From: Chiloscyllium plagiosum
Taxonomy: Eukaryota
NCBI RefSeq assembly: GCF_004010195.1
Contig: NW_025215165.1
Coordinates: forward strand, 12,938 to 53,405
DNA length: 40,468 bases
Direction of reading: 5' to 3'
Shown here: positions 36,303-40,468 of the stretch, piece by piece
Layout: each line of letters starts with the position of its first letter
Numbering within the stretch: the first letter of the stretch is position 1
Program-made: the position numbers and the translations under genes
Notes under the pieces: generated by a model
Databases searched by the model: none
Told to the model about the DNA's origin: nothing
The model's input: only the letters and a program-made list of their open reading frames with translations

Positions 36303-36852
36303 GTCATGCTGCAGCTGTTCAAAACTCTGGTTTGGCCACAATTGGTGTATTGCATACAGTTGTGGTCACTGCATTTAAAAAAAAAGAATGTGGGAATTTA
36401 AGGGTTCAGAGGAAATACACTAGGATGTTGCCTGGCATGGAGGGAAGGCCTTCTGAGGAAAGGATGAGGGACTTGTGGCTGTTTTGTTAGAGAGAAGAAG
36501 GTTGAGAGTTGTCTTAATTGAGACATGCTAAGATAATCACAAGGTTAGATAGGATGGACAGTGAGAACCTTTTTCCTCAGATGCTGAGGGGACATAGGTT
36601 TAAATTGAGGGGTGATAGATATAGGAGAGATGTCAGAAGTTGTTTCTTTACTCAGAGACTAGTAGGGGCATGGAATGCACAGCCTACAACAATAGAAGAC
36701 TCGCTAACATTAAGGGCATTTAAATGGTCACAGGATAAACATATGGATGGAAATGGAATAGTGTGGGATAGATGGGCTTTAGATTGGTTCCATAGGTCGG
36801 TGCAACATTGAGGCTTAAAGGGCCTGTACTGCGCTGTCATGTTCTATGTTCG
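36303..36852 (+). mobile_element. CR1 3' end (paralog of 16075-16628)
   Basis: LFKTLVWPQLVYCIQLWS, LRGHRFKLRG...FFTQRLVGAWN, tgttctatgtt tail. Confidence 0.9.
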
Positions 36853-38814
36853 ACGTTCTGGATCTTACATTGCTTACCACTGCCCTCTCCAGGACAATTA
36901 GGGAAGGACAACAAATAGCAGACAAATCAAAGCTGGCCCCATCCCAGAAGAAATCAAAATAAATGACATACAATTCAAATGATTAAACTGGTGAGGCTTG
37001 AACTCATCTCTTTGAAACACTGGAGCCTCAGCCATGACATGGGTGAACCTGCATTTTCCAGATTGCAATTGGAGTGCCCTACGGATCAGGCACAAAATGA
37101 ATTACACAAAGACCAACGGCTACCAAAGTGTGTCACCAAACTGCAATAAACAGCAATTTGTCAGGAAGAACTCAAGAGAAAGCCATTAGTTGGTGTAAGA
37201 GGGTAAGACAGACAAATGGCAGATGTCATTGAATGCTTCATAAATGCACTAAAGCTGTTGGGATAGAGCAAAGCAATGGGATTAATTGAATTTTTCTATT
37301 GAGAGCTTTCCTAGTTGTAATGACTCAGAACGTTAAAGGATGAAGTCCAGCTCATATTGTAAACAATGTACGGCAGTGGGCAAGAAAGGATGTTGAGCAA
37401 CATAAATGCTTAAAATTGGGAAAGAAAATCGTATAAAAGAAATGGGAAAGGGCAATGGGACTTTGGAATGAATATTGAGAGTGGCCAGGAGATGGAGGGG
37501 CGAGTGGCCAGGACAGCTGTACTGAAGAATTGTTAGGTCACATCTGGAGTATGGTGGACAGTTAGGGGCTTCTTTGAGGGGCATTGCAGAATGGGATAAG
37601 GATAGGGGATCTAGGTAACAAGGAAACGCCAGAACAGGATCTCGAGGGGGGCGGGAGGGTATTCTGCTAACAAAACTTCTTTATGAAATCAACACAGTAA
37701 ATGTAGATTTACTGTCAATACCGACAAACAGAAAGGCAAAATAACACATTCTCCAGTCATTCACAAAGTACAGGAAGGAGATCAGGAAAACTATGTTGAT
37801 GCAGAAATTAGAATTTAGTAAGTTCTGGTAAACTGAGTCCTCCATTCAAAATGGGACAGAATTACTTCTTGGAATTTGAACAGGTCTGAAGCAAAAGAGC
37901 AAATTATGACCAAATAGTCATTTGAGAATATTGAACTGGCCTGAAAAATGCCCGGTTTTTGGAAGCTTTTCATTTTGCCCTCATCAGGACAATTGTAAAA
38001 GTACCAATCAAAGGAGAAAAACATGACATTTATATTGCATATGAGGAAAGTGCTGACAGGCTGAGGTGTTGTCACTATGAACACGCCAGTTTAAATATTG
38101 TTTTCCTTTGCTGTGGCATTTCTTGTAAATTGTCCTGATGCATGCAAGACAAAAAGCTTCAACAAAATGTTTTGTTTTTTGCAACATTCAAATAAGGATC
38201 AGTTTGGAGAGAAAGAATGAATATGGAAATGAACATGAAAATTGGTCTAAATTCAGCAGAGACCAGGATAGCTTCACCTTGAACTTAATACAGGAATTAC
38301 CAGGTGAAATTTAATCACTGGAATGATTTAACCACCTTCCACCAGTTTGATTGTTTGAATTGTTCATCAGTTATTTTGATTACTCCTGCGATGGGGAGGA
38401 CATTGATATGTCTGCTGTTTATTGCCCTACCGTAACACTCCTGGAGAGGGCGATGGTTAGCTCTCTCCTGAAGGCACTATCTCTAGCTGGGAAACATCTC
38501 GAGCCTCCCCAGATGGTCTCATTCCTCCAAATGTGGGCTGGGATGGGGAAGCAAAGCAGGTTATTGGACCGGGAGATGTCAGCCTAGTCTCAGTGGGGAG
38601 CACTCTCCCCTCAGACACGCAATGTTGCAGACTGGGTGGATGAGCCATTGGGAAATGCAGGGTTACAGGCATAGTGTCGTGGTTTGGATCTGGGTGGGAT
38701 GCTCTTTGGAGGATTAGTGTGAACTCATTGGAGTGAATGGCCTGCTTCGACATGGTTACAGATTCCATCTTTGCATGATTCTATCACTGAAGTACATTAT
38801 CCAGGCTGAGAGTG

Positions 38815-39175
38815 CAGTGCAGCGCTGAGGGAATGCAGCACTGTCAGAGGGCCGGTACTGAGGGACTGCCACATTGTCAGAGGGTCAGTACTGAGGGAGT
38901 TCCACACTATTGGAGGGTCAGCACTGAGGGAGTATTGCACTAATGTTGGTTCAGTACTGAGAGAGTGCTGCACTGTCAGAGAGTTCATACTGAGGGAATG
39001 CTGCACTGTCAGAAAGTCAATACTGTGGGAGTGCCGTACTGTCAGAGGTTCAGTGCTCAAGGACCATCTTTCAGATGGGATGTTCTGATGTCTGCCCTCT
39101 CAGGGGACAGTAGAAGATGCCATAACACTACGAGAAGAGAAGAGCAGATCCCCATGGTGTCCTGGTCAATATTTT
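38815..39175 (+). repeat. 33-bp minisatellite plus DeuSINE-like body
   Basis: (gtactgagggagtgctgcactgtcagagggtca)n, about 7 units, then ccatctttcagatgggatgtt...ggtgtcctggtcaatattt. Confidence 0.75.
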
Positions 39176-39683
39176 AAAAATATATCTTTTAATAAAATAC
39201 CTGGATGAGCACCTGAAATATCTGAACATTCAATGCTTTGGGCCCAGTTCTGGAAAGTGGATGGAGAGTAGATTTAGTTTTGCCTTGGTGGGACAGACAT
39301 GATCAGATGAGGGACCTCTTCTACACCGTATGATTCTCTGATTGTGTGAAACCTCTGGCTGATGACCACATACTGTCCTCCCTCGGCTGATGAGTCAGTC
39401 TCTCCTCCATGATGAACAGCACTTGGAGGAAGCTCTGAGGGTGGTGAGGGCACAGCGTGTACTCTGATTGGGGGACTTCAATGTCCGGAATCAAAAAGGA
39501 ATTTTAAAAACATCGGGTTTGTTGGGTATTGGATACAAATATTTAAAATGATACTTTTGCCAGTCCAATGCTCATTTCTCCTGTGCCCTCACCCATGTGA
39601 CCCTCTCCTCTCCCCTCAGCAAGACCATCAGGAGATCAGAATGTGTGTAGAGTGTGTGAGAAAGTCCACAGAGGGGACACAAC

Positions 39684-39722
39684 TTTAAATAGAACAGGGC
39701 TGAACTGGCAGGGCAAAGGTCA
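39684..39722 (-). promoter_or_regulatory. Candidate DR1 (HNF4-type) element plus TATA-like box, paralog of 12396-12434
   Basis: AGGGCAAAGGTCA at 39710-39722 and minus-strand TATTTAAA at 39684-39691; downstream ATGG|gtgagg donor-like site at 39593. Confidence 0.45.
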
Positions 39723-40468
39723 TTGTCAGCACTGAATTTCAACTCTCTTCCTTTTTGAGACTGGCCTCTGGGAGGCTCTGAGGTTCCGGGGTTAAGGCAG
39801 GTTACTGTGACACTGTTGAGAACCCAGTGCTGTCCCTGTCCTGGGAGTATTGACGAGGACAGTGTGGAGACAGCTTTATTCTGTTTCTTATCTTGTCCCT
39901 CTCCTGGGTGTCTTTGGTGGGAACAGTATGGAAAGAGCTTTATTCTGGATCTAACCCTATTCTGTCCCTGTCCAGGAGACTGTTTGTTGGGGACAGTGTT
40001 GACTTGCGATAACAAGCATAACCTTTCAAAGATATTGAAAACTGTCAGCTGTACAAAAACAATGTGAACCTCAGAAGTCTCTGCTTCAGTAAACCAGATC
40101 TCCTTCCTGCTCAGCCGTCAGTTCCACCTTAAGGTTTTGTCACTGTTTAAAGGGACAGGTTCTCAGGTTATTGAGAAAATCTCCACAAGTGTTTTCCTCA
40201 AGTTCCAATGTGGCTGTGAATTTGAGCAGCTTCCTTTGTCTGGGCTGTTAATTGCAGTCTGTTTTCTGTCAATGTCAATCTGTAAAAGGGTAATAAAGAT
40301 GAAGAAGATTCAGTCTCTCTCTCGTGTGTGCTTTGGAAATGGCCCGAGCTGAAGCCTCAGAGAAAGGGTGTGTGAAGTGAAACCCTCCACCCTCAAGGCA
40401 CGGAACACGAGGAGGAGAATAGAGAGGGCAATGGGGTCCCGGGAGCAGGAGGGCAATACTACAGTTAG

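Larger units (their letters stand above)
36303..40468 (+). repeat. Right arm of the large inverted duplication (runs off the window end)
   Basis: Reverse complement of 11647-16628, lacking the equivalents of 13712-14240 and the SINE at 15486-15771. Confidence 0.95.

Overview
This is eukaryotic, repeat-rich genomic DNA with eight N-gaps, most likely from a cartilaginous fish: it carries HE1-type tRNA-derived SINEs, DeuSINE remnants, CR1 LINEs and Penelope-like elements. No intact host CDS is present, and almost all ORFs in the track are spurious or transposon fragments. The centrepiece (19.2-26.4 kb, minus strand) is a head-to-tail array of at least three units of a Tx1-clade non-LTR retrotransposon. 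The two visible 5' ends start with a U2 snRNA-derived head (U2 nt ~5-52) that lacks the same 5 nt of the branch-point recognition sequence. One unit is near full length (ORF1 zinc knuckles, APE-RT ORF2, decayed). Another is a ~1 kb internally deleted, SINE-like derivative. The rest of the window is a mosaic segmental duplication with direct, inverted and tandem copies. It carries a CTCF motif, a DR1/TATA promoter-like module and exon-like segments. There is also one orphan 84-nt RABGAP1/RABGAP1L-like exon and several Penelope-type minimal hammerhead ribozyme motifs. All assignments are by eye or from memory; boundaries of decayed repeats are approximate.
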